Source: Chrysemys picta bellii (lineage: Eukaryota). Taken from it: 64,000 bases of DNA. The position numbers and the translations under genes are program-made. This document shows, piece by piece, positions 12,561 through 24,529 of this stretch; position 1 is the stretch's first letter; each line of letters opens with the position of its first letter. The notes under the pieces were generated by a model that did not search any database, was not told where the DNA came from, and worked only from the letters and a program-made list of their open reading frames with translations. Location: NCBI RefSeq assembly GCF_011386835.1, contig NC_088796.1, positions 22,196,001-22,260,000 of the forward strand, given 5' to 3'.

Positions 12561-15400
12561 TACTCAAAGAAGGCAATCAACAGGGAAACGGTGTTAGAAA
12601 AGCACAAGCATCCCCATGATTATAAATATGCCTACAAAAAATACTGGCATACTTTGTCTAAAGTAATGGTTGTAAAGAATATATAAAACAAACATTACTC
12701 TCTGGATATATACGCACCAGTTTTTCAAACACACAAACCGAGTTGGCAAGCTCCCTACTGCAACTTTAAGCCAGACATGTAATTAAATTTGTTTACATCA
12801 AGCCCATGTTAACTATGCATATACTTATAATTATTAACTAGCTGTGTTTCCACCTTGATTAGAAGGTGCACAGCGCACAAAAAGTGTGTTCATTCCTTTT
12901 TTGTTCCTTTACTATGCAATGTTTATTTGTTGTTTGTTGTGAGTACACATTAGAAACATCAGATCTTGACTTTCCACAATTTGCTTGAGGCTTTGGCAAG
13001 CCTCACTATGGACACTCACAGAAAAAGTCTTTTTTGTTGTAATTAATATTTGCTCTGTGCAATGGAGGACTGAAGAACTAGTGAGATTATGACATCACAA
13101 GAGGAAAGACAGGATGCTGAGCAACTGGGATGGGAAGCAAAATTTAGTCAGGCTTTTTAAAACTCTATGGTTTTGTTTTGGTTAACACAATTTCAACTCA
13201 CAAGTTTGCCAAACACTTAGGAGAAAAGCTGTCTTTGTGAAAAATTCAACATCCATCCTTTTCAGCTGAGTGCTAGGAAAGCTCATATTCCACTTTTCAG
13301 GTCTTCTATATAGTCCTCAGGACAAAAACAAGATGACGTATTATTCCTAATCTTTCTTAATTTAAATACATTTAAAAATAAATGTACATATTTATACATC
13401 ATAAAGGAACCAGCAAACAAAAATTCCTTTTAAAGGGGAACTGCACAGAAACATAAGTTATAATTTTAAAAGTTAGTTGCTTTTTCTTCCATGTTAAACA
13501 CTAATATTAATATACCTATACTTAAACTATGCAATTTTGTTGAGAGAATTAAAATATGTAGTTCAATACATCTTTTGCAGGAAGGGTTATTTTCTGGGAA
13601 CCAAGGATTTGGATTTTTCAAATTCAGGATGCATTCCACATGGTCTTTTTACAAACGGGTTTTGAAGAGTTGAAACTGAAAGTTATATAAAACCTATTGA
13701 AGACGCAAGTTCATTAAAAATAGCTTGTTAGGAAAGCAACAATAGTTGTAGAATCTTGCAGTATCCCTGTTCATATAAGATCAGAGCTGAACCGGACAAA
13801 ATGGATTATAATTGTGCCACAGTATACATCTCTAAAACCGTCTCACATGGGGATAACAACTCTTCCCTACCACACAGCAGTGTTATGAGGACAAATACAT
13901 TAAAGATAAGCTTTGAGAGCTATTGATGGAAGCTATTGATGGAAAGTACTATATAAGAGCTAGGAGTTAATATAAACCGGTACACTGCCCACCAGTGCTA
14001 ATCCTTCTGAGGCCCAACATATTGCAGCATAAAAGCAGCTTATTTTGGTTTGAACTGAGAACTGTTCCCAACTGACACACCAAAGTGAAGAAAAAAACAC
14101 CCTGAGACTGAGAGGAGAGCACTAATGGTTTGCACCAGTGGAACTATAAAGGTTTATAGTCACACTTTAAATTATACCAATGTACTTTCCCAAGTAGACA
14201 AGGCCTCAGTCGTGCCCTCTTTACACACACGAACCAAGGTGGCAAGGCGGCTTCTTCACATTCACTTTCTGAAAAAGCTCAGCAGCTCTCTCATTAAGAG
14301 TATGGGAATGATTTAATTTAAAAGGAAAGTCAAACCCTAAACAGCCCTGTTCATTTTCCCACATGTGAAAGAAATCAGGAAAGTCTGCAACTGGCAAGAG
14401 CGATTGATATATGGTATGGGAACATCCGATTTGGTTCAGACACGACTCTTTTTATTAAGTGGAACAGGGGTTCATTCTCTGAGCAGATGTTGTGAATCTT
14501 GCTCTACACGCAGGTCCATTTCTATAATTTTCTACCTGATTCACCTCAGCAAATCATGTCAGCCAGTGTAACACCGTGGTATTTTAAAAGCTACAGATGA
14601 GATTATGTAACTTAGCCAAACTCTGCTGCTGGTGGCTCTCTCTCTCCTTCTGGAGACATCCAATTCCTCCTCTAGCAGACTTAACCGGTCCCTGTGGACT
14701 GCTGTTTTTTTCCACTCAATCTCATTTTGAATACAATGAAAGTATTTTGAAGCAACTAAAAGACAATATTCATTTCAATACAACCAAATGTAAAGTCAGA
14801 CATCTAGGAACTGCTGACTACGTTGCTTTGTGCACAAAGACATTATGCAAAGGCAAACCAGTTTTTTTAAATCCTGTTCTGGCCACATCCAAAAATCACT
14901 CAAAAAATCTTTGGTGAGGAAAAAAAACCCTGCTGAAATTACAATAATTGCTGGGTTTAGACCATTCATTTTTTAATGAAAGCTGATACACCCTATCCTG
15001 AAAGACCTGCACCTCAATGTACTGTTGACCAAGCGCATTTTAGGAAGCTTTTCACAAATTCTGAATTCCAGAGGCCAAATCCTGTCCCAATTTACACCAT
15101 TCACTCATTTAGGCCAATATAAATCTAGGGAAATTCAACTGAAGCCAGTGGACCTACTCCAGATTTACACTGGTGCAACAGAGCAGAATTTGACCCACAC
15201 ATTATTTCTTGCTTTTAGTGGTTGAAAAACAATATTCAGGTCTAATTATCAGCCAACTGTTTTAGAATGGGTATTATATGGAGAACAAGCTCCCATGACA
15301 GTGACTTTTTCATTGCAGAAGGGCAGCAGTGACCACAGCGAAGGTTGCAGCAGAGTTTCTGTTTAGAGACAATTTTTCTACACAAACTCTTGGTCTGCAG

Positions 15401-15607
15401 CAAGCTGGGGTGTAAATCTATCCTGCTCTAGGTACACACACGAAGCATGCAGGTGGACCCTGCTGCCACACACTAAAAGTTCTCTAGTGCACTTTGATCT
15501 ACCCTGCTTTGAAATGGGAACAGATCAAAGTACACTAGGAACTTCTAGTGGATGGCAGCAGGGTCCACCCTCACACTTAGTGCGTGGTAGATTTACACAC
15601 CTGCTTG
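15401..15607. repeat. ~200-bp foldback (palindromic) element
   Basis: Nested inverted arms CAAGCTGGGGTGTAAATCTA/GTAGATTTACACACCTGCTTG and perfect 17-bp GGTGGACCCTGCTGCCA/TGGCAGCAGGGTCCACC. Confidence 0.8.
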
Positions 15608-15618
15608 ACATGAATTTA

Positions 15619-17180
15619 GGGCTCATCTGTACTGAAAAGTTACACCACCATAGCTATGCTCTCAGGGCCGTGAAAAATCCATACCCTTGAAAGATGTAGT
15701 TAAACTGACCTAATCCCCAAGGTAGACGGCATTAGATCGACAGAAGAATTCTTCTGTCGACCTAACTACTGCCTCTCCGGCAGGTGGATTAACTACTCTG
15801 ACAGGAGATCCCACTGTTACTGCAGTGAGTGTGACAGGTTCCCTCACGGGGTGCCACCTACAACTGGGGTACCGCTGAGCCCCCCTGACCCACCACCCTG
15901 GACCCCCTCTCACACTGTGCTGCTGTGACAAGCTGCAAAGCCTTCCAATCTTGCTCTTTCACCAACATACACACAGGTAGGGACACACCCAGCTGCAGAA
16001 CTCACAGGCTGCTGTGATCAGCTCTGCATGGGAAGGCTACAGCTAAGGAATTGCCCAACTGCTCAAGAGCACACCCGCCTCTGAAGCGTAAACCCAAAAT
16101 TATACCGTCTTGTGCTGCACAGAGATCCGTACAGCGTAAGCTCTTGAAATTCGCCCCCTCCCTCAATGTGGAGAGGAAATATACAACAGCTTTTTTCCCC
16201 AAGTTATAACTCCCACACACTGGTTTGTGATAAAGCAAAAACAAATTGATTAACTGCAAATGATAGATTTTAAGTGATTATAAGGGATAACAAACAGATC
16301 AAAGCAGGGTAGCTAACAAATAAACAAAAACTCAATCTAAGCTTAATAGACTAAAGAGATGGGAAATAAATAGCAAATTCTCACCCTAAATGATTATTTA
16401 AGCTGGCTGCGGGCACTCAAGGAGCAAGCTGCACTTGTTTGCAGCTTAAAATGCCAGGTATTCCTTTCACAGGCTAGAAATTCCTCTAGCCTGGGTCTAG
16501 CACTTCCCCGCAGTTCAGTTCTTGTCCCTCTAGTGTTTCCAAGAGTCTCCTTTGGGCAGGGAGTTAGTGAAGAACCCAGATGATGTCACTCCCCTGCCTT
16601 AAATAGCTTTTGCATATGGCGGGAACCCTTTCTCTCCAAGCTTGATTCCAACGCCTTTCAGTGGAAAAACACTGGTATTCCAAGATGCAGTCCAATACCA
16701 GGCAATCTAATCACATGCTCCTGTAATGTCATAACATCCATGACTCGGAGGCTGTTTATAGCATCCTCAGGAAGGCTCCTGGGTGGAAGATAAACTTCTT
16801 CTAACTCCTATTGTTTTCTCTAATGGCCCTTCCCAGCCAGCCATCTAGACTGATTGCATTCTGCTTAGTGAGCGTTCCCCAGGAGTAAACACATTTGTAA
16901 TACAGATATATAGTCAATATTCCTAACTTCAAATACAAAAAATGATACATGCATACAAATAGGCTAATCATATTCAGTAAATTATAACCTTTCCAATGAT
17001 ATCTTACATGACCTATCTTGTATAAACTACAACATAGTTATGCCATAATCATATCATAATAATACCTCTATGAAGAATATGGGATGCAGTGTCCAATGAG
17101 TGTCTACACTGAAGCACAGCAGCTGTGATGCTGAAGCATTTCTAGCAAACACATAGTCTACATGTCATATAGACAAGCCC
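15619..17180. mobile_element. Harbinger-type MITE split by a solo LTR
   Basis: TTA|GGGCTCATCTGTACT ... TAGACAAGCCC|TAA. Internal GCAGTGAG|GTCTACACTGAAGC rejoins across the LTR. Confidence 0.6.
15830..17095 (-). mobile_element. Solo LTR (family shared with 21927-22950)
   Basis: TGTGACA...GTGTC(A)CA ends, 5-bp TSD GTGAG/ATGAG. Colinear with the second copy. TATA-like CTATTTAAG on - at ~16597-16605. Confidence 0.85.
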
Positions 17181-17971
17181 TAAGGGCAGTAAAATACATG
17201 ATCTGGTGTAAGTTATAAAATTGAAAGTCATTGTTTCTAATCTCAAGAACAGTGTTAGCCCTCACCCTACTACACACTGCTAAACCACCTTGCGACATCT
17301 TAGTATGTGACATCCAATTAGACATCCTTATCATTAATAAAGTGGTTATACATTAGTCTGAGTGCTTGTCCATATGGAGACCTAGTGACTGGCAAGCTAT
17401 GGTGTGAAGGTACTGCACACTACAGCCACAGACTAAATCACCAGGTAGACCCTAGTGCCATGCACTAAAAGTTCCGTAGTGCACTTTGGCCTACTGTTGT
17501 TTCGAAATTCTTCCATCAACCTCACGTTGTCTACGCTGGGGGATATGTCGGCTTAACTATGCCATTCAGAACTTTTGGACCTGGCCTCAGTCTCTTAACT
17601 CAGATCTGCCTACCTAGGCATTCATAAGGCACTCTTCATTATACTGTCTAGGTTCAAAGTGTCATAGCAAACAATTCTCTATCACGAGACTGCATTCCCT
17701 TTCAGAGGGATGAACCCAATAAATGAATAGATCTTTTCCAACTCTAACAATTATGATCCTAATTTGCCAGTTGAAATTCCCCTTTTCTGAGATACCTATT
17801 GATTTTGATACAGTGCTATATGTTACAAGAAGGAAAATTAAGGACAGATGCCATCGGAAACAACCGTTAACATACATTACATTGTCAAAACAAATGGCCT
17901 TACAAGAAGGCTTACTACGGACCATCAAATTATATCCCATTAATTGTCTAGGAGCATTTAATAGAATGGAA

Positions 17972-18444
17972 GGCCTGGCCTACACTTATAAGCTGGTCGA
18001 CATAGCTAGATCGGTCAGAGGGGTGGAAAAAAACATACCCATGACCAGTATAGCTCTGCCAATCTAACCGCCAGTGTGGACACAGCTATGTTGACGGAAG
18101 AATATTTCCATCGATTTAAATACCATTGTTCGAGGAGGTGATGTTGCTATGCTTAGGGTATGTCTACACTACGGAAACCATACCGGCATAGCTATGTTAC
18201 CATAGCTATGTTACCATAGCTATGCCTGCATAACCCCATAGTGTAGACAGATTTTTTTTCTGTGTGTAGGGACACCGCCTCCTCAAACAATGATAGCTAC
18301 ATCAACGGACACATTTTTCCATTAACATAGCTGCATCTACACGGGGGCTAGGTTGGCATAGCTACGTCGGTCAGAAGCATGGCTTGTTCCACACCACTTA
18401 CCGATGGAGCTATATTGATCTAGCTTTTAAATGTAGACCAGGCC
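17972..18444. mobile_element. Harbinger-type MITE with a nested second MITE (~18156-18250)
   Basis: GGCCTGGCCTACACTT ... AAATGTAGACCAGGCC TIRs. Inner TTA|GGGTATGTCTACACTAC ... ATAGTGTAGACA. Confidence 0.65.
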
Positions 18445-21210
18445 TGGAAGTAAAAACCGCCTCTGTCAGTCCAGGCTGTGTCTACGCTATGGAGTTACAC
18501 CAGCAGCAGCATCGTTAATATGCCAGCATAGTCTGTGTAGTGTAGACATACCATAAGGAAGTTTTACTTTCCTAAAGGGAAATTCAGAATAGGCTCTGTG
18601 AGCAAAAGTACTAAAGCAGTAACGTGAAACAGAGGGATAAACAACTGCTGTTGATAGCCAGTAATGCCTGTGGTCTGAATCTCACAAGCATCTATCTCAC
18701 AAAGTCTTCTGAAGACAATCCATTTAGTAGAGTAAAGCAGGAAAATAAGCCACCATTTTTTCAGTCTGCGAGGGGGTGTTGGGTTTTTTGGCTCCTACCA
18801 ATAATAAAATAATTTTGCTGTGATCACTTGCAAGTCACATGCTTCAATAATTTTGGATGCCAACTGAGATATGCATACATAAAATAGATGATTTTGTGTA
18901 AAAGGCTAATTGTGAAACTTTGTACAATGATACAATAAAGAACGCTTATAGTGTGAAAGAAATAGAGGGAAATATTACAAATGGAAAAGTGCCCAAGGAA
19001 GCATTCATTTTTATTTTGTCTTCAAGAAGAAGAAAAAAACTGATATCTATTAAAATGCCTATAATTGAAGGATTTTTCTGCAAAACATGTTTATTTCTAA
19101 CAACATTTAACTTATATCTAGGTTTATTCATCACTGACCCACCTTTCCTTGTGTGAGCAGATCTTATTCGTTCAAAAGTAAGGATCGCATCAGTAAAGCT
19201 TAACGTAAATATGAATATGTTGAGGAACCAGGATTATTCTGGGAAAAGAGATCAGACTGGTGACAAGAAACCTTTTGCATTCAGTTATTGAAGTCTGGCT
19301 GCAGAAAGGTCACTTGCCATTTGTCCAGCTCTCTCACCCACACATTTTGTGGTATTTCGGCTTCATTTGGCCTTAACTTACCTCCCTAACAGTCATACAC
19401 AACAACTGCAGCGAACAAGCTGTAAGAAAAGACATAGAATGATAGATTCCAGTTCCTTTACTCTTGTTAATTAGCACAGAGTCTCATTAAGTTAGTGAGG
19501 CTACTTCTGGAATAAGGTGCCTGATGACCACAATTAAAATTCATGTCCTCAGGCATTTTCCTCAAATACCCATCATGCCTATCAAGAAAGCAACGAACCG
19601 TATTTCTGAGAATTCTCATCTCTGTCATCTGTGACTTTTTCTAGGTTAGCCAGGATACACAGGCCCATGTACTACACTAGGATATGAGGTTATTTAAAGT
19701 TTCTTTTCTCATACTTAATAATTTCACAATTGAAATGATCTCATGCAACATGTTCACCCAATAGACCATTAAAGTTTTATTTCCAAGAGCTGAAGATTAA
19801 GACACTATTTAAAATTATGTTTTCTGTATTTGTCTTAATCCTTCCTTCCAAAGAAAAGCACTGCAGAACAATGCCACACCTTCTGCCATACAGAAGATCT
19901 CCATAATCTTGAATATAATTCCATCATCTACAATCAACAGGAACTGATCACTAAAAAGTGCCATCCCCATGTTTATTCCCATAGATATATTTTGTTATCC
20001 AGGAATCACTTGTAAAAACCTGGAAGAAAATTAGAACAATTCTCTTTCTATGGAAAAGCTTTTAACTTTAATGGCGAGAAGGGCATCTCTAATTCTAAAA
20101 GTATCTTTTATTCTTGATACTTTTCAAATACCCGGCAGACTATATTACAAAGGAAGATGTGTAAATAAGTGTGTTTGTCTGTATGAGAGAGAGAAAGCAA
20201 TTCTTTCCCTTTGACTACTTGTTTTCTGCTTCGTTTTGCAGTCAACGCAGCTATTTTTAGTGGATATATTCCAGTGAGGTCTCGTTAGCTTATTCCCACT
20301 GTGGAAATTGTCTGGATAGTTTTGTAACATAAGAAAACATCACAGAAATCGAATTTGTGTCTCTGTGGATGTGAAAAGCGTACTAAAAAAAAATGCAACA
20401 ATTTTTTCCCCATCTCACACAGCAGTAGTTCAGTGATCTTGTATGATTGTAAATCATTATAAGCAGATAAGTCTAACAATCATTCGAGGGGTTAATTAAC
20501 AAGGACCCTTTTGGTATAATAATAACAACAACATCTTAGCATCTACATGGAATTTTACACTTTCAAAGCCCTTCATAAATTTACCTGTGTATCAGCTTAT
20601 CTTTACCTTCTCTACAAAGTAAGGATAAATCCCCATCCCTCTATTTTACAGAGGGGGATATAATCAGAACCAAATTCTGAAGTAGTAGACCCCCATAGGG
20701 GTGACTGAGGGCAGAATATGGCTCAGAAATGTTAAATGACTTGCCCAAGGGCACACAGCAAGTCAGCACAAGAGCTAGTAGTAAAACTCAATTTCTGGCA
20801 GGTAGACCTATGCTTAAACAATACTACGTCCCAAGATCACACTGCCTCCCTGTGATACAAGTCTGGAAGGGCAGCGTAATGCACCTCTTTTAAACAAATT
20901 TAATAAAATTGGTACCCAAACTGTCTTTCCTGGTACAGGGGTAGGGTGGGGAAAAGAAACAGCACACTTACATAGATGATTCAGACACACAAACACAAAT
21001 CAGGGGACATTCTGAAACATCAGTGATGAGACATATTTAATTTGTTGCAACAACTTTATATGTATTTATTTTATTTAGAATGTTATAAAGAATAAAGGGC
21101 TAATTCGTTGTCTGGCACAAATAGGCATAGCTCCAATGAAGTAGGTGGATGCCAATTTACACCTACTGAAAATCTGGCCCTCTAACATTTTAAGTGACCA
21201 GCCAGGGACC

Positions 21211-24205
21211 AACATAAGAAGGGCCATACTGGGCCAGACCAATGGTCCATCTAGTCCAGTATCCTGTCTCCCATCAGTGACCAATGCCAGATGCTTCCGG
21301 GGAATGAACAGAACAAGGCAATTATAAAGTGATCCATCCCCTGTCATCCAGTCCCAGCATCTGGCAGTTAGAAGCTAATAGCCATTGATGGACCTATCCT
21401 CCATGAACTTATCTAACTCTTCCTTGAATCCAGTTACGCTTTTGGCCTTCACAACATCCCCTGGCAATGAATTCCACAAGTTGACTGCAGTGGGTGAAGA
21501 AGTACTTCCTTTTGTTTGTTTAAACCTGACTGCCTATTAATTTCATCTAGTGACCCTTGCGTCTTGTGTTATGTGAAGGAGTAAATAACACTTCCTTATT
21601 TACTTTCTCCAATGCCATTCATGATTTTATAGACCTCGATCATATCCCCTTTAGTCATTTTTTCCAAGCTGAACAGTCCCAGTCTTTTTAATCTCTCCTC
21701 ATATGGAAGCTGTTCTATACCTTTAATCATTTTTGTGCCCTTCTCTGCTCCTTTTCAATTCTAATATATCTTTTTGAGATGGGGCAACCAGAACTGTATT
21801 CCAGGTGTGGAGGCAGCATGGATTTATAGTGTCATTATGATATTTACTGTGTTATAACCTATCCCTTTCCCAATAGTTCCTAGCATTCTGTTCACTTTTT
21901 TGACTGACACTGCACATTGAGCAGATTGTGACGGGTTCCCCCCGGGGTGCCACCTGGCACTGGGGTACCACTGAGCCCCTCTGACCCACCAGCCTGTGAT
22001 CCCTTTACACTGTACTGCTGTGACCAGTCTGCCAAGCCCTCTCCCAGGATCCAGCCTGCACTTTAACCAGCACATATACAGATAACATGCATACACATAA
22101 CTACAAAAGATAGATTTTAAGTGCTTATAAGGGATAACAAACAGATCAAAGCAGGGTAGCTAACAAACAGACAAAAACACAATCTAAGCTAAATATACTA
22201 AAGAGATGGGATATAAGTAGCAAATTCTCACCCTAAATGATGATGGAAGCTGGCTGCAGATTCTTAAGGGGCAAGCGGTGCTGGCTCACAGCTTAGAAAC
22301 CCCAGGTGTTCCCTTCACAGGCTAAAAATCCCTTCAGCCTGGGTCCAGCACTTCCCCACACTTCAGTCTTTGTTCCACAGGTGTTTCCAGGAATCTCCTT
22401 GGGTGGGTAGTCAGTGAAGAACCACAGTGATCTCACTCCCCTGCCTTATATAGCTTTGCATATGGCAGGAACCATTTGTTTCAAAACTTGGTTCCCACGC
22501 CAGTCAGTGGAAAAAACACCGGTATCCCAAGATGGAGTCCAGCACTAGGTGACCTGGTCACATGTCCCTGTAGTGTTACAGCAGCCATGAGTTTGTAGCA
22601 TCCTCAGGAAGGCCCCCAGGTGGGAAATAAGCTTCTTCTAAGGTCTATTGTTCTCCCTAATGGTTCATTAACTTGAATGGGGCCTTCCCAGCCTGCCATC
22701 TAGACCGAGTCTTTTGTCTAGGGGGCAATTCCCAAGTGTAAACACATTTGTAACACAGTTATATAGTCACAATATTCCTAACTTCAGATACAAAAATGAT
22801 ACATGCATACAAATAGGATAATCATATTCAGTAAATCGTAATATATTCAATGATATCTCACATGACTTATCTTGCATAAAATACATCAGAATTATGCCAG
22901 AATCATATCATAATAATATGTCTATGAAGACTATGGGGTGCAGTGTCACACAGATGTTTTCAGAGAACTATCCACAATGGCTCCAAGATCTCTTTCTTGA
23001 ATGGTAACAACTAATTTAGACCCCCTCATTTTGTATGTATAGTTGGGATTATGTTTTCCAATGTGCATTACTTTGCATTTATCAACACTGAATTTCATTT
23101 GCCATTTTGTCAACCAGTTTTGTGAGATCCCTTTGTAACAGTCTGCTTTGGTCTCAATATCTTAAGTAATTTTGTATCATCTGCAAATTTTGCCACCTTA
23201 TTGTTTACCCCCTTTTCTAGATCATTTATGAATATATTGAACAGCACTGGTCCCAGTACAGTTCCTTGCAGGACCCCGCTATTTACCTCTCTCCATTCTG
23301 AAAATGGACCATTTATTCCTAACCTTTATTTCCTGTCTTTGAATCAGTTACTGATGCATGACAGGACCTTCCCTCTTATCCAACAACTGACTACTTTGCT
23401 TAAGAGACCTGGATGAGGGACTTTGCCAAAGGCTTTCTGAAAGTCCAAGTACACTGTATCCACTAGAGCTCTCTTGTCCACATGTTTGTTGACTTCCTCA
23501 AAGAATTCTAGTAGGTTGATGAGTCATGATTTCCCTGTACAAAAGCCACGTTGACTCTTTCCCAACATAGTGTGTTTATCTATGTGTCTGTTAATTCTGT
23601 TCTTTACTATAATTTCAACCAGTTTGCCTGGTACTGAAATTAGGCTTACTGGCCTGCAATTGCCAGGATCACCTTTGGAGTCCTTTTAAAAAAATCAGTG
23701 GTACATTAGCTATCCTCAAGTCATCTAGCACAGATGCTGCTTTAAGAAATAGGTTACATGAGACAATCAGTAGTTCTGCAAATTCATATCTGAGTTCCTT
23801 CAGAACTCTTAAGTGAATTCCATCTGGTCCTGATGACTGTATAATTTGTTTCAAAACCTCCTCTATCGACACCTCAGTCTGGGACAGTTCCTCAGATCTG
23901 TCGCCTAAAAAGAATAGTTCAGATGTGGGAATTTCTCTCATGTCCTCTGCAGAGAAGACTGATGCAAAGAATTCATTTGGCTTCTCCAAAATGGCCTTGT
24001 CTTCCTTGAGTTCTCCTTTAGCACCTTGACCATCCTGTGGCCCCAGTGATTGGCAAGTTTCCTGCTTCTGATGTACTTAAAAAAAAAATTGCTGTTAGTT
24101 TTTGTGTCTTTTGCTAGTTGCTCTTCAAATTCTTTTTTGGCCTGCCTATTTTATATTTTTACACTTGAGTTGCCAAAGTTTGTGCTCCATTCTATTTTCC
24201 TCAGT
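21211..24205 (-). mobile_element. CR1 LINE fragment (~2 kb of ORF2 plus tail) interrupted by a solo LTR
   Basis: Minus ORF 23669-23989 NEFFASVFS...GPDGIHLRVLKELRYEFAELL (CR1 ORF2). The 3' part is homologous to 881-1770. Confidence 0.92.
21927..22950 (-). mobile_element. Solo LTR inserted in CR1
   Basis: TGTGACGGG...GTGTCACA with perfect 5-bp TSD CAGAT (21922-21926, 22951-22955). 242 bp shorter than the 15830 copy. Confidence 0.92.
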
Positions 24206-24211
24206 AAAAAA

Positions 24212-24237
24212 AACAAACAAACAAACAAACAAACAAA
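24212..24237. repeat. (AAAC)n microsatellite
   Basis: Directly visible. Confidence 0.9.
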
Positions 24238-24529
24238 AAGATTGGGCTTCTAATAAAAACACAGTAGAATTATACTCTGTGAGAACCCAATCCTGCAAAG
24301 ACTTACACACTCTGAGTTAATATATGCATGTGAGTGATGTCATGGGATACTGACAGACCGAAGTGTCGGCAGCAATGGGGCTTAATTTAAGACCAGATGC
24401 AACAAATAAGTTTAACAAAATTTGAGAAGAACTGACCAGAAAACCAGGATTTTCCCAGTGAAATTTTTTTTGGGGGGGGAGGGGAGGGGGAATCCCCTAA
24501 TGAAATTTCTCCAACAGGAAATTGAGGTT

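Noticed and set aside
12333-12686. Domesticated HARBI1 gene
   Set aside because: The upstream part has stops and frameshifts, the ORF is truncated after the first catalytic Asp, and it sits behind a TIR with a MITE insertion.
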